Source of the DNA: Camelus ferus
Taxonomy: Eukaryota
Assembly (NCBI RefSeq): GCF_009834535.1
Contig: NC_045697.1
Coordinates: forward strand, 115,260,001-115,324,000
Length of the DNA stretch: 64,000 bases
Reading direction: 5' to 3'
This document shows, one piece after another, positions 50,051 through 61,675 of this stretch. The number at the start of each line of letters is the position of its first letter. Position 1 is the stretch's first letter. The notes under the pieces were generated by a model. That model was not told the DNA's origin. It saw nothing but the letters and a program-made list of their open reading frames with translations, and did no database searches. Both the position numbers and the translations under genes were made by a program.

Positions 50051-51129
50051 CACAAGGCAGGAACTCAGGTGCAGGAGCAGGTAGTTAGTGTCTTTACAAT
50101 AAGACAGACTTAGTAATTTTTTTATTGAGGTACAGTCAATAATTACAGCCTTAATAATATTTTTAAATAGTACAATAATACAAAAGAGCATTGAGTCATA
50201 AAAAGACTCTTCATAGCTGTGCTATGTTTAACATGTAAAACAGTTGATGTTACAATATGTATCCTAATTCTTTTATTCCAGCAAAGGCAATTGCAAACAT
50301 TCCCAGTGTCTCAAAACTAAGACGCAATTTTGGTGTTCCCATGTAAGAATCACATGGTTGGGTTTTCTGCCTAATTCTTTGGTTCATTATTAAAGGCCAA
50401 ATGTTTGTTACTTATTTTTTTTAATATTTAAACCACATCTTTCAACCAAGTTCATCAAAGAGATAATAAAAAGAAATTTCAGCTGTTGGAATCCTAAACA
50501 ACAAAAATAATAAAATAATTTTTGGAAACATATTAAAGACAGGTATATATGATCATTTGACATAGACATTACTGTCTCATTTGTATATAAGTCCAGAAGA
50601 CTTCTCAATACTAAAATTATGCAGTCATTATGCTATCTAATTTATTTTTTGTTTATGTATGTGTGCTTAAGGTAGTTGCTAATAAATCACACAATCTGTG
50701 ATATTTTTATATCTTTATGATTTTAAACTTTTATAATTCTTAATAACTCTTTTGGTAAACTTAGAAGACTGAGTAAAAACCAAAGACAGAATAGCCTTTC
50801 TAATGTGCTAAATTGAATTTACATTAAATAAGCATCTTTTGAACCATCATAGTACAATTAATTATTCTTATGGTTAATAACATGAAAAAAACCTATGAAA
50901 ACTTTAAATAGAAGACCAATACTTAGAAACAATTTCTTTTTTCTGCTCAGATAAAATCGGATGTTATTTCAAGAAAAATTTCAAGAGACAAAAAATACCA
51001 TCTGTGAATCTTTACTCCACCAGATATTTGAAGATATTTGACAGAATCTTTCTCTTCACATCAGTTGAATCTCACCTTTTTTTCTGTATAGACTCAGGAC
51101 ATCTTAGAGATACAGGAGAAATCAATGGT

Positions 51130-51265
51130 GCCATCAATCATTTAACAAATGTTTACTGAGCATTATATAAAGCAACAGGGGAGGGAGACATTCTGAAGAA
51201 AGGATACAAAAAGTAGATGACAACTTGATTGTTCTCAAGATCTATTAATTGGCAGAAGAGATGGC
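51130..51265 (-). mobile_element. L2 tail fragment
   Basis: atcaatcatttaacaaatgtttactgagcatt. Confidence 0.55.
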
Positions 51266-52395
51266 CTAGGAGTTGCAAAATCATGTCTCCATAATCCAGG
51301 CAGATTATATAAAAGAGCGAAACAGCTGAATGTCACACACAAGAAACAGTGGAAAATGCAAACAAATGGAGAGTATGTGCCCATTCTAAATTATGCACTT
51401 TTATTTCTTAACGTTGCATTCACTGAACAAACAGATCTGCAGGCTTCTTGCAGCTTGTAACTCTGGGGACCAAAGCTCTATTCACTGATGATTAAACCCA
51501 GTGACACACGGTCCATGGACAAGTAGAGGAGACTTGCCAGGCTTCTGTTTGCATGAGAGATTTAGGACTCTGATAAAGAGCCAGTCACAAGGACAGTCAG
51601 GGACTAATCGAAATGTCCAAGCTGTAGCCAAACAGAAACAAGTCCAAGCAGAGACGGATGTGCTGGTGTGTTTCACTTAGATCTGTCCCTTTTCCAGCCT
51701 CACCACTGCCAACTGCCTCATCTGATGTTCAGGTCAGCTACCCAACAGAGCTTAATTTGCACATCGCTCTAAATCCTGATTGTAAGGTCCTGGGAAATAC
51801 ATAGACGACAACTGGTCATTTAGCCCACAGCAGTCAGACTTACTCTAACTAGGAGAAAAAACCCTAAATATTTACTTAAATATGCAACAAAAACGTTTTG
51901 CAGTATGTGGCTTCTTTTCTAGATTTTCTTCAGAAGAAGGAGAGGACTTAAGAGAACATGACTCTGATGAGTTCTTGAATCGGTGAGAATTAAGAAGTAT
52001 TTTACCACCTCCATTCCACTTAGAATAAAATATGTAAATAAAACATCAAATTCTGACCAATAGTACATTGGATAGTAATTTATCCATGGCAAAATGATAA
52101 ATTATGTCTCTAATGCACAATTTTTATTGCTGATAGAACTAATGCTACAGACTCCAACTAATTTTTTTATTTTTTAATGTATATTGGAGGAGAATACCTT
52201 CTGCTCTTCAATTTTTGTTTTGGAGTGGCCCCTTACAGCAGACAGTAGACCTTACAACTCAAATGCTGTAAAAAATGAAAGATTGTTTCTGAGACACCGA
52301 ATGACAATCCTACAATAAAATTAAAGATGGCCATGCTTTCAAGTAGATCAAAACGAGTATAGTTTGTTTCTTAAGTTGGTTAACTCTTTTCTAAC

Positions 52396-52886
52396 TGTAT
52401 TAGTGTCCCATGACCACTGTTACAAATTACCAGAACGCTTAGTGGCTTACCACACAAATTTACTCTCTTACGGTTCTGGAGTTGGAAGGTTAAAATCAAG
52501 GTCTCAGCAGGGCTGCGTTTCATCTAATGGCTTAAAAGGAGAATCTGTGTCCTCATTTTTTCCGTTGTTGTTGTTTCTTGCTTTTGTTTTTGTTTTCTCA
52601 GCTTCTGAAGGTTGCCTTCATCCCTTAGTTCCTTTCTCAGCCCTCAAAGCCCACCCTCCAGCTCCATCCTGTGTCTTCTTTAATTCTGATCTATATGTCT
52701 CCGTCTTATAGGTACTCTTGAGATTGTATTGGTCCCACCCAAACAATCCAAGAGACTCTCTCCATCTCAAGGTCATTAACCAGCTCACATCTGCAAAGTT
52801 CCTTTTACCGTATTGAGTAACATGTTCCCCGGTTCTGAAGTTCAGGACTTGGACATCTTTGGAGCACCATTATTCCACCTACCAGA
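52396..52886 (-). mobile_element. MLT1 (MaLR) solo LTR
   Basis: tgtattagt..ctgttacaaattacca..cttagtggctta..tcttacggttctggag ... cacatctgcaaagttcctttt..ggacttggacatctttgg..cattattccacctacca. Confidence 0.88.
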
Positions 52887-53971
52887 CTCATGCAATAGAC
52901 AACTACCTTCTTCACCGTTTTAGTTAGTTTATTTTATTTGCAAAGTGGCTGGCTAATTCTGTTTGTTGACTGCATTAAGTCAGTCATATCCCTGGGGGTG
53001 CAAGAGTTAGTATCGTCATCCATGACGGAATCCAAGCAGCAGAAGGACTTGGGCCAATAAGAATCTTTGATTAGGAGACTCTGCTACATGGAGAAGGGCT
53101 GGATGGAGTCTTTACCACAACATCCTAGCCAAGCTGGTACTTATATCCTCATAGTGGGAACATAGGACACATTTTATGCAGCTAGCCTTAGCCTTAGGAC
53201 TCTGACAAATAATAATAAATATGATGAAGCAATGTATCTGAAGGAAGGACCACAAGGTCAGTCAATTTTTACTTTACTTCAGTTTATTTATTTGAATTTC
53301 TTTGTATTTTAAATTATAGAAACTTCTAATCACAAGAATATCAGAAAATAGAGCCAAGTCTGCTCATCCAAATAACCCATATCTGCCAAGATCATTTCCC
53401 TTTTTCTCTATTTTTCAATTTGAATATAAATGATACTTACATGAAATGACAAATAGTAGAGAAATTGCATACAGTAAAATTACTAAAGTCTAATATTTTC
53501 CTTTTACTCTCTTTCTAATACCAAATATCACTTTTAATTACTTGGTTAGATTTCAATAAAATGTTTTCTATGTACATATGCAGAGACTTTTGCTTTTTTA
53601 TTTTTATAACAATACGATAATACAATGCATTCTGTTTTAAACATTGGATTTCATGATGATCAGTTGACTTCGACAGTAGTCCCTCCCTGGTATGCTTAGA
53701 ACTACCTTATTCTATTTCCTGGACATCTAAAACCATATGACATGGACAGAGAGTGGTATATCTTATTCTATGATTTTGCTTACCTCACTGTATCCTCACT
53801 AACCTTGGATATAATTTATTAAAATAATATATTTCACAATGCATTTTAATTTGCACTTTTTAAATGACCCTCCAGCTTGAACTTGTGTGTGTGTGTTTGC
53901 TTTCAGAAGAAAATAAATAAGTATAGATATTAAAAACCAACTTTAATACTTGATGAAAAGAGCCTGTGAAA

Positions 53972-54738
53972 AACAGTTTCTGGTGGGAATGCAGTTTGGT
54001 GCAGTCATTATAGGAAACAGTATGGAGAGTCCTCAAAAAACTGAAAATAGAACTTCCCCTATGATCCAGCAACCCCACTCCTGGGCATATATCTGGAGGG
54101 AACTCTAATTCAAAAATATACATGCACCTCAATGTTCATAGGAGCACTATACACAATAGCCAAGACATGGAAGCAAATGTCCATCAACAGACAACTAGCT
54201 GAAGAAGCTGTGGTGTATTTATGCAATGGAATACCACTCAGCCATAAAAAGAATGAAATAAGGCCATTTGCAGCAACATGGATGGATGTAGAGATTGTCA
54301 TTCTAATTGAAGTAAATCAGACAGAGAAAGAAAAATACCATGATATTACTTGTATGTGGAATCCAAAAAAAAAAAAAAAAGAAAGGAAAAAGAAAAAAAA
54401 GGACACTAATGGCCTCATCTACAAAACAGAAACAGACTCGCAGACATAGTAAACAATCTTGTGGTTACCAGGGGAAAGGGGGTGGGAAGGGATAACTTTG
54501 GGTGTTTGCAATTTGCAAATGTTAACCACTATATACATAAAGATACAAAACAAACTTCTTCTGTGTAGCACAGGGAACTACATTCAGTATCTTGTAATAA
54601 CTTTTAATGAAAAAGAATATGAAAATGAATATATGTATATGTATATAAATGACTGGGATGTTGTGCTGTACATAAGAAACAGACATATTGTAATTGACTA
54701 TACTTCAATAAAATTTTAAAAAAATAAATAAATAATAA
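53972..54738 (+). mobile_element. Young lineage-specific L1 (ORF2 end plus 3'UTR), 5'-truncated
   Basis: ORF 54132-54449 MFIGALYTIAKTWKQ..KKNEIRPFAATWMDVEIVILIEVNQTEKEKY matches the ORF2p C-terminus; ends tgactatacttcaataaaa plus an A-rich tail. Confidence 0.95.
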
Positions 54739-55542
54739 ACACAATTCTCTGGATGAGAAAGTGACTTGCTTCACAGGCCTTCTTCATCTAGTTGAGACTC
54801 TGGAAATTAGTACCTCATGTGTTGCCCACACTGTTCCTACACTCTGTTGTCTATTAAGGAAGAATCGGGAAGATGGCTGTTAGCAGGTGTAGGGGCATAA
54901 CGTTGCAATAGGCAATCCAGATGATGCTCTTCTTTTTTGGTCTCTCCTCTAGGAGGAAGGGAAGAATCTGGGCTTTCCTGAAGCTGCTGTAGGATTCTGG
55001 GAGGAATGGGAACACAACATGATTGTAGTGTTCATTCCTCTGAGCAAAAGAGGGTTGAAGAATCCCCAAAGCTGCACCTTGGTTGTGACAACCATACTAG
55101 GTGTGTGTGTGTTGCCTCTCCTCCAGGCAAGGAAGATTTACTTAGTGTTCCAAGCTGAGTAATGCGGTGAGCAGAGCAGCCCCTGTACTTCTCATCCCTG
55201 AGTGTACACGTGTTATGCCTCCTGGCACGGAGACACCTTCTCAGGTTTCTCAGTCTCAGCTGCCTTGACCTCAAGGACCTTAAAAATTCAGGATGGGGCT
55301 GAGGGCTCCCTGTGCCAAGAATCCAGCACTGCTGTGTTTTCTGAATATGCCAGGGAATGTCAGGGAGGCTGGAGATTGGAACCAGAGATCTGGAGAGATT
55401 TGCAGTGACAGCTCTGTTGAATATGGACACCTAGGTACCTAGTCCCTTGGAGGAAAGTGGTGCTGGACTTAAGAGTGGCCCAAGATGCTGAGAAATGTAA
55501 GGGAGACAGTTTTACCTACCATGGGAGTTATTTCATTAGAAA

Positions 55543-56255
55543 TATAACAGGGAAGGACAAATCTGACTCCATATTGGATCTGTTTCTATTACTTTAACCT
55601 TTCTATTCTATTGCTTTTTCTTCACGTTCATCACTAGAGGAATGTTGCCCATTGTTGCCCATAAGCTTAAATTATACATAATGGCCCATCTCTGGAAACC
55701 CTGCCTCCCAGGTAATGAGTGTTAAGCTAAAATATCTTTGCTGAGCTCACAGGAAACATTCTCTCAAAGCCCACCTGGGAATGACCACAGGAAGGAAGAG
55801 ATTAATAACACATTCCCTCTGGAGGCTGACTGGAAACAGGAGAGGTTTGACTTTATTCTCTACCCTTTTAGGATAAAGAAGCATGAATTCTAACTTGGGA
55901 AGGATGTTACTTTGGGACACTAGTCCACCATCTTCTAAGCTGGCTGACTGTCCAAATAAAGTCACTATTTCTTTTTTTTCTTTTTTTCAACTTTTTTTTA
56001 TTGAGTTATAATCATTTTAAAATGTTATGTCAAATTCCAGTGTACAGCACAGTTTTTCAGTTATACGTGAAGATACATATATTCATTGCCACATTTTTTT
56101 TACTGTGAGCTACCACAAGATCTTGTATATATTCTCTATGCTATACAGTAAAATCTTGTTTATCTATTAAAGTCGCTATTTCTTGCCTCAACAATTTGTC
56201 CCTCAGTGTATTGGCCTGTCATGTGGTGAGTGGTATGAGTTTCAGCTTGGTAACA
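55543..56255 (+). mobile_element. ERV1 solo LTR, MER41-like, carrying a nested L1
   Basis: tataacagggaaggacaaatctgactccatattggatctg...aataaagtcactattt...cttggtaaca; matches the reverse complement of 30247-30717. Confidence 0.87.
55974..56167 (-). mobile_element. Short young L1 3' end nested in the LTR
   Basis: Poly(T) plus ttattgagttataatc...; 17-bp TSD taaagtcactatttctt (55957-55973) / taaagtcgctatttctt (56168-56184). Confidence 0.92.
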
Positions 56256-56741
56256 ACATTTGGCCCCACCTTAGCCAAAATGATAAATGGCAACACTTCT
56301 GTCCTTGAAGGCCTTCAGGTCATCCTCAACTCACTGTCCAGGTTTGTTATGGATGATAGAATTGCCTTATACTTCTACCTTATAAGTCAAGGTGAAGTCT
56401 TTGCAAATTATTACAATACTTTACTGTATCTGGATTAACACCTTGAGCCAGGTAGACAGCTCAAGCCACCTGGCTTCCTAAGGTAAGGCTCTGAAAGTTA
56501 ATGGAATTTGTTCAGCTGGCTGAATGTGAGACCCTGGGGAATCTGGCTGGGATCTGCACTGCTGGGTGGTCTCACACTGCTGCCACGAGCTCTGCTGCTA
56601 CAGCCTTGATAAGTGCTGTAGAAGACAAATCAAATTGTCAGTCCTCAGCCCTGCTGGTAACGGTAAATCACAATGGCCGATGGAGTGACAGATACATGGA
56701 AAACTTAGCTTAAGCCGTACCATGAGGAACAAAGGGCAGAA

Positions 56742-57170
56742 CTTGAGGGACACCATTTTTATGTTTGTTAATGGTCAAGACTTTCGGAATAAAAATTTCT
56801 GACAACCTGGGTTAAAGGACGTTTGAATGGTAAGCAGCCCTTGAAAGCTAGAGCCCTGCAGAGAGATTTATAGGTTTCCTTCTCCTGGAGCCATGTGTTT
56901 GCTGTAAACATTGAGAGGCCTTTCCTGAGTCTCCTAGAGAGGATTCCTTTACAAAAGCAAGATGAGGATTTTCTCCGTCTCTCCAGGAAGAGGGGTGTGG
57001 AGTGGCTGTGCAGCAACTCTGTGTGAGCTCTGAAGTCCACGACCTCAGGCTTCTCCATCTCCCTGCTCATAACACCCCAAGGGGGCAACTGGGTAAGAGA
57101 AGCTGGTACTGTTATTGCTGGAAGCAAAATAAATGGGATCTATGGTCCAGAAACTTCATGTTCACTTTCA
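56742..57170 (+). mobile_element. Probable 3' LTR of the env-bearing ERV
   Basis: Purine tract gaggaacaaagggcagaac followed by TGAGGGACACC; AATAAA near 57128. Family not identified; end approximate. Confidence 0.5.
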
Positions 57171-57249
57171 AGATAAATAAATACAGACATTACAACCCTT
57201 CAGCTATTTATTTGTGCACACTAAGTTACCTGTTGATGAGAAGATCTGA

Positions 57250-57700
57250 GAAATACCATCTTAAAATTTCCGAGGTCTTAGCGCACTCCCTAGATTTGAG
57301 GTTTCACACTGGGGCCTTTCATGCTTTGGGAATTTTTTTTGCTAGCTAAAAAGGAGAAACAGTTTTCTTTTCCAATTCAATAAGTTATTGAAAATTTTTT
57401 TGAAAATGAGACTTAATTATTTCTCTCATCTTTCTTTTGCAATACCTTCCTTTGACACTAAAAGAAGGCAATTAGCATTTTCGAAATTCTGCCTGAAATT
57501 CTTTTTCATCAGATTCACAGTTTCATTGAGTAGATTTTCTATCTCCCAAGTTACCAAAGGCAATATTCTTCCAATTGTTCCATTAAAGTATAAAATATCT
57601 CCCCTTCTCCAGGGTGCAATAGTAATATATACTCATTGAACTTCCCAGGCTTTTTCCAACACTCAGTCCCAAAGCCAATGTTACAATTTTTGTAAGTGAG
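57250..57700. mobile_element. Ancient MaLR-like fragment
   Basis: aaattctgcctgaaattct..; cagtcccaaagccaatgttaca resemble old MLT1 sequence. Confidence 0.4.
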
Positions 57701-58294
57701 GTTAGACATACTTTTCACGTGCTTAGGAGAAGCTTTAATTTCCCCTCTTTTTTTTTTTCTGGAATGATCTGTTCTCATCCTTCACCTGTTTTTCTGTTGA
57801 GCTGTTCACTGTTTTCCTCATTGATTTGTCCTAGCTACATTTCTCTTATGTATATTGCCTTATATTTGTTGTTCAGGAAATAGCTTTCAAATAACAAGTA
57901 TTGCCCACAGTTTAAGTAGAAAAGCCAGCCAATAATGTAGGTTATTTCCTTAATTGGAAAGTTTGACATTTAAAAAATACTAACATCTAGAATTCTTATA
58001 GCACAAAAAAAGATACATTACATAGCTGTATCTTTTAAACTTAAAAATTAAGACTATGTCCAGCTGTACGGGTTACAGAATTTCAAAAGTGAGCTTATCA
58101 CAATCAGAAAGAAGGGTGTGAAAACTTGGAGCTACAAATCTAGTATTGGAGCTCAAAGAAGTGGTGATCCTATTTACTTTCTGAATTAGTAAGTTCAGCT
58201 GACTAATATTTATATCTCATCATTCAGAGTTTCTCATACTTATTTCTAGCATATCAGCAAATATTTATTAAGTAGCTTTAGAACTCCCAGGAAC

Positions 58295-58709
58295 ATTTTA
58301 ACAGCTTTATTGAGGAAATCGATAACCAAAATCTGCATATATTTAATGTATATGATTTGATGAGTTTAGACATATGTATACATCCTGGATACCATCACCA
58401 CTATCAAGGTAATTGACATATCCATCACTATCAGAAGTCCCTCATGCCTCTTGGGTTTCGTCTGTGTGTGTACGTATGTGTGTGCGCATGTGCGTGTAAA
58501 TGTGTCTGTGTGTGAGGGATAAAAGCACAGAACAGGAGGTCTATTCTCATAACAAATTTTTAAGTGTACAGTACAGTACTGTTAACTATAGGAACTGTGT
58601 TGTGTAGGAGATCTCTAAAATATATTCATCTAGCAAAACTGGACCCATTGAACAACAACTCTTAATTTTCCCCACTCCCATCCCCTGGCAACCACCACTT
58701 GATTCCACG
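58295..58709 (-). mobile_element. L1 (L1MA10/L1MB-like) 3'UTR
   Basis: ttttaacagctttattgagg..catcaccactatcaaggtaat..cccctggcaaccaccactt; TSD-like gaactcccaggaa (58281-58293) / gaactccaagaaa (58710-58722). Confidence 0.88.
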
Positions 58710-59429
58710 GAACTCCAAGAAATGTGGATATATACTACAGGGTGCCAGTAACTTAAAATCACACTAACCACATGTAGCAAATACATACATAGAGAAAGTG
58801 AAATGTCATGACAGACAGTGGACACGGTTAAAGATGTAGACTCATTCTAAAAGAACGATTAAATGAGTTCTCAAACATCACGAAGAGTTTGGGTAACCAT
58901 GTATATGATAAGGAACACACAGCTTGTCCCAAAGCAATCTTTATTTGCCTTACCTGCAAGCTAAATATACTCTCATCTCTTAATGTGCTGGAAAGAGAAT
59001 ATGTTAGCTTCCTGCTATTTTCCTGAAAGTTTCAACATAGTAATTAATTTAGTAGTTTTGAGCTTTTGGAATCTACACCACTATTATCTGCAATGTTTTA
59101 GTTTAAGTTTTTAAATAAAGAAATGTATGGAAACAATATACACATATAAACAAAAGTATAACATAGATACTATAACATATATATATATATGACTTCTTAC
59201 TCTTATTCCCACATTGTACTCATTAAGACAATGACTATTTATCATAAAAATAAAATGGTCTTTAAATACTCACATCTGATTAATTATTTGCTCTTCTTTT
59301 ATAGTTCAGGTTTGAAATTCCTTAAATGCAAATAATAAACTTGTAATTCAATAGATGTAGAAAGAAAGGAGAAATTAAATAACTTGGGATTAAAAATCTT
59401 AGAAAACTATAAAAAGAAAGAATTTCCTT

Positions 59430-59930
59430 ATAATAGTTATATTATCCATTGCTGCCTTATAAATTGATCCTAAATTTCCAGCTTAAAGCAGCAAAAATTC
59501 ATTATCTCATATAACTTCTAAAAGTCAGAAATCTGGAGAAGATTTACTGGGTGGTTTTGGCTTAGAGTGTCTCCTAAGGTTGTGGTCAAACTGTTAGTCC
59601 CATAGCAGTCATCTAAAGGCTTAACCATTGCTGGAGAATCCTCTTCACAATCAATCATATGGGTTTTGGAGGGTCTTGGTCCCTTCCTGGCTGTTGGCTG
59701 GAGGCCTCAGGTTGTCAACTTATGGATCTTTCCATAAAGTATATCACAGCATGGCAGCTGGCCTCCTTAGGAGCAAATAATCCAACAGAGAGCTTTTACT
59801 GTAGCCTCCAAGTCACTTCTGCCATATTCTATTGATTCAAAGTGAGTCAACATGCCCAGCCCACACTCAAAGAAAGAGACACATTCAAAAGCTAAATATA
59901 TATGGATTACTGAGAGTCAACTTGGAGGTA
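59430..59930 (-). mobile_element. MLT1 (MLT1F-like MaLR) LTR
   Basis: gcttaaagcagcaaaaattcattatctcat..gtcagaaatctgg..ctgggtggttttggctt..gtcacttctgccatattctattg..cccagcccacactcaa. Confidence 0.82.
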
Positions 59931-60020
59931 AGGAAACGTGGATGTTTCCTTTAATTGTATAAAGACAAAATGTTAGAGAAAAAATCATGCTCAATCATGA
60001 ATTACATGGAGTTTTTGCTC

Positions 60021-60524
60021 TGTGATGGTTCATTTCGTGTGTCAAGTTGACTGGGCTAAGGGGTACCCCAATAACTGGTAAAATATTATTCCTGGGTATG
60101 TCTATCAGGGTGTCTCCAGAAAAGATTAGCATTTCAATCAGCAGACTCAGAAGAGAAGATCGCCCTCACTGATGCTGATGGACATCATACAATTTGGGGG
60201 GGACTGAACAGGATAAAAATGTGAAGGAAGGGCAAATTTGCTCTCTCTACTTGAGCTGAGACATCCTTCTCCTCTTGCCCTTGACATCAGAGCTCCTGGT
60301 TCTTGAGCCTTCAGACTCAGATTGGGAATCAGACCATTGGCCCTCAGACTCAGGCTGAATTTCTCCACCAGCTTTCCTGATTCTCTGATTTGCAGATGGC
60401 AAATCCTGGGACTTCTAGACTTTATCAACACATAAGCCAATTTCTACAATAAATGTTCTCTTTATCTATTACATATGTATATATGTCTTATTGGTTCTGC
60501 TTCTCTTGAGAACAACAACTAACA
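60021..60524 (+). mobile_element. MLT2 (ERV-L) solo LTR
   Basis: tgtgatggttcatttcgtgtgtcaagttgactgggctaaggg ... tattggttctgcttctcttgagaac..ctaaca; near-TSD tgctc/tactc. Confidence 0.9.
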
Positions 60525-60539
60525 TACTCTTTGGCATCA

Positions 60540-61675
60540 AGAATGAACTATAATGCCCCCAGTCATCACTTCTACCCAATATTGGACTGGAAGTTCTAAC
60601 CAGTGCAATAAACAAATAGAAAAGGCGTAAGGATGAGAAAGAACAGAATAAAACTGTCATATGTATATAACACAAATAGATCATTTACATTAACATTAAA
60701 GTGCATAAAAATCTAGAAATTAAACTTTAAAAAGATGTGTGTTATCCCTACACTAAAATGATCTATTATGGAGATAAATTAATGAAGACCTAGATAAAAG
60801 GAGGAATGTTCTAGTCCCCTTCATTGCAAAACTTAAGATTGTAAAGTAGCAATTATTTCCAAATTGATTTGCCTGTACTATGCAATCTCAGCCAAAGTAT
60901 CAGAAGTTTATTCCTTTAAAAATCAACAAGTTGATTCTATTATTTAATACATGGAAATGCAGGTAAATTTAAAGAAGATGAACATGACTGGAAGACTAAT
61001 CAAATTATAACAAGACTTATTTAGCAATGTAAATTAAATAGTGTAGTATTTGCACAAGGATAGAAAATAGATCAAGACCCTGAAGAGAGAGCCCAGATGC
61101 AGACATTTCATCTGACTGATTGTGAAGTTGATATTGAATGACAGTAGAGTTGTTCTTAGTCAATTGGATATTCCCTTAAAAACAAACTTGGAGACTCTTG
61201 ACCCCCTACCTCACAATAAAAGATACATGCAAGCTGTTCATAGCAGAATTATTTTTTAATAACAAACAAAATAAAATGCATATCCCTGAATCCCAGTATA
61301 AGTACACTGAAATATATTATTAAAGCAGAATGTTACACACAGCAATAAATACTAATAAAATACAACTCTGTGCAAGATTGACTCTCACAAACATACACTG
61401 AGTAAAAGAAGTGAGAAACAAGAGTATATAGTTTCATTCCACTTGTACAAAGTTCACAAATAGACAAAATTAATCAGTGGTGTTGAAAATTGGATTGTGG
61501 TTATCTTTGGTGCAGGAGTGGAGAATGGAAAGAAATTCAAGGTGGACTTCTGAATATCAAGTCATTTTTGTTTGGTTTAGTTAAAAAAATCTTAAATTCT
61601 TATTACAAAGCATATTCACTCCACAGTTTTGATTTATACATGTTTATATATGAGCATTATTCTTCAATAAAATTG
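60540..61675 (+). mobile_element. Old L1 (L1ME-like) ORF2 and 3'UTR fragments
   Basis: ggactggaagttctaaccagtgcaataa; ctcacaaacatacactgagtaaaagaag..ttccacttgtacaaagttcacaaatagacaaaattaatc; ends ttcaataaaa. Confidence 0.75.

Larger units (their letters stand above)
55400..56720 (+). pseudogene. Retroviral env remnant (gamma-type TM subunit), split by an LTR insertion
   Basis: VLPTMGVISLE (about 55509-55541) | LTR | TLAKMINGNTSVLEGLQVILNSLSRFVMDDRIALYFYLISQGEV (immunosuppressive-domain-like), then frameshifted CIWINT and a hydrophobic WGIWLGSALLGGLTLL anchor. Confidence 0.82.

Noticed and set aside
54132..54449. 105-aa ORF (similarly 15302-15541, 15673-16071, 40608-40862, 10138-10350, 17575-17775)
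   Set aside because: These are fragments of L1 ORF1/ORF2 in truncated, mutated copies, not host genes; one runs into the N gap.
56196..56438. 80-aa ORF with an immunosuppressive-domain-like motif as a syncytin-like gene
   Set aside because: It starts at a non-ATG codon inside the inserted LTR, lacks SU and an intact CX6CC, and is frameshifted before the membrane anchor.
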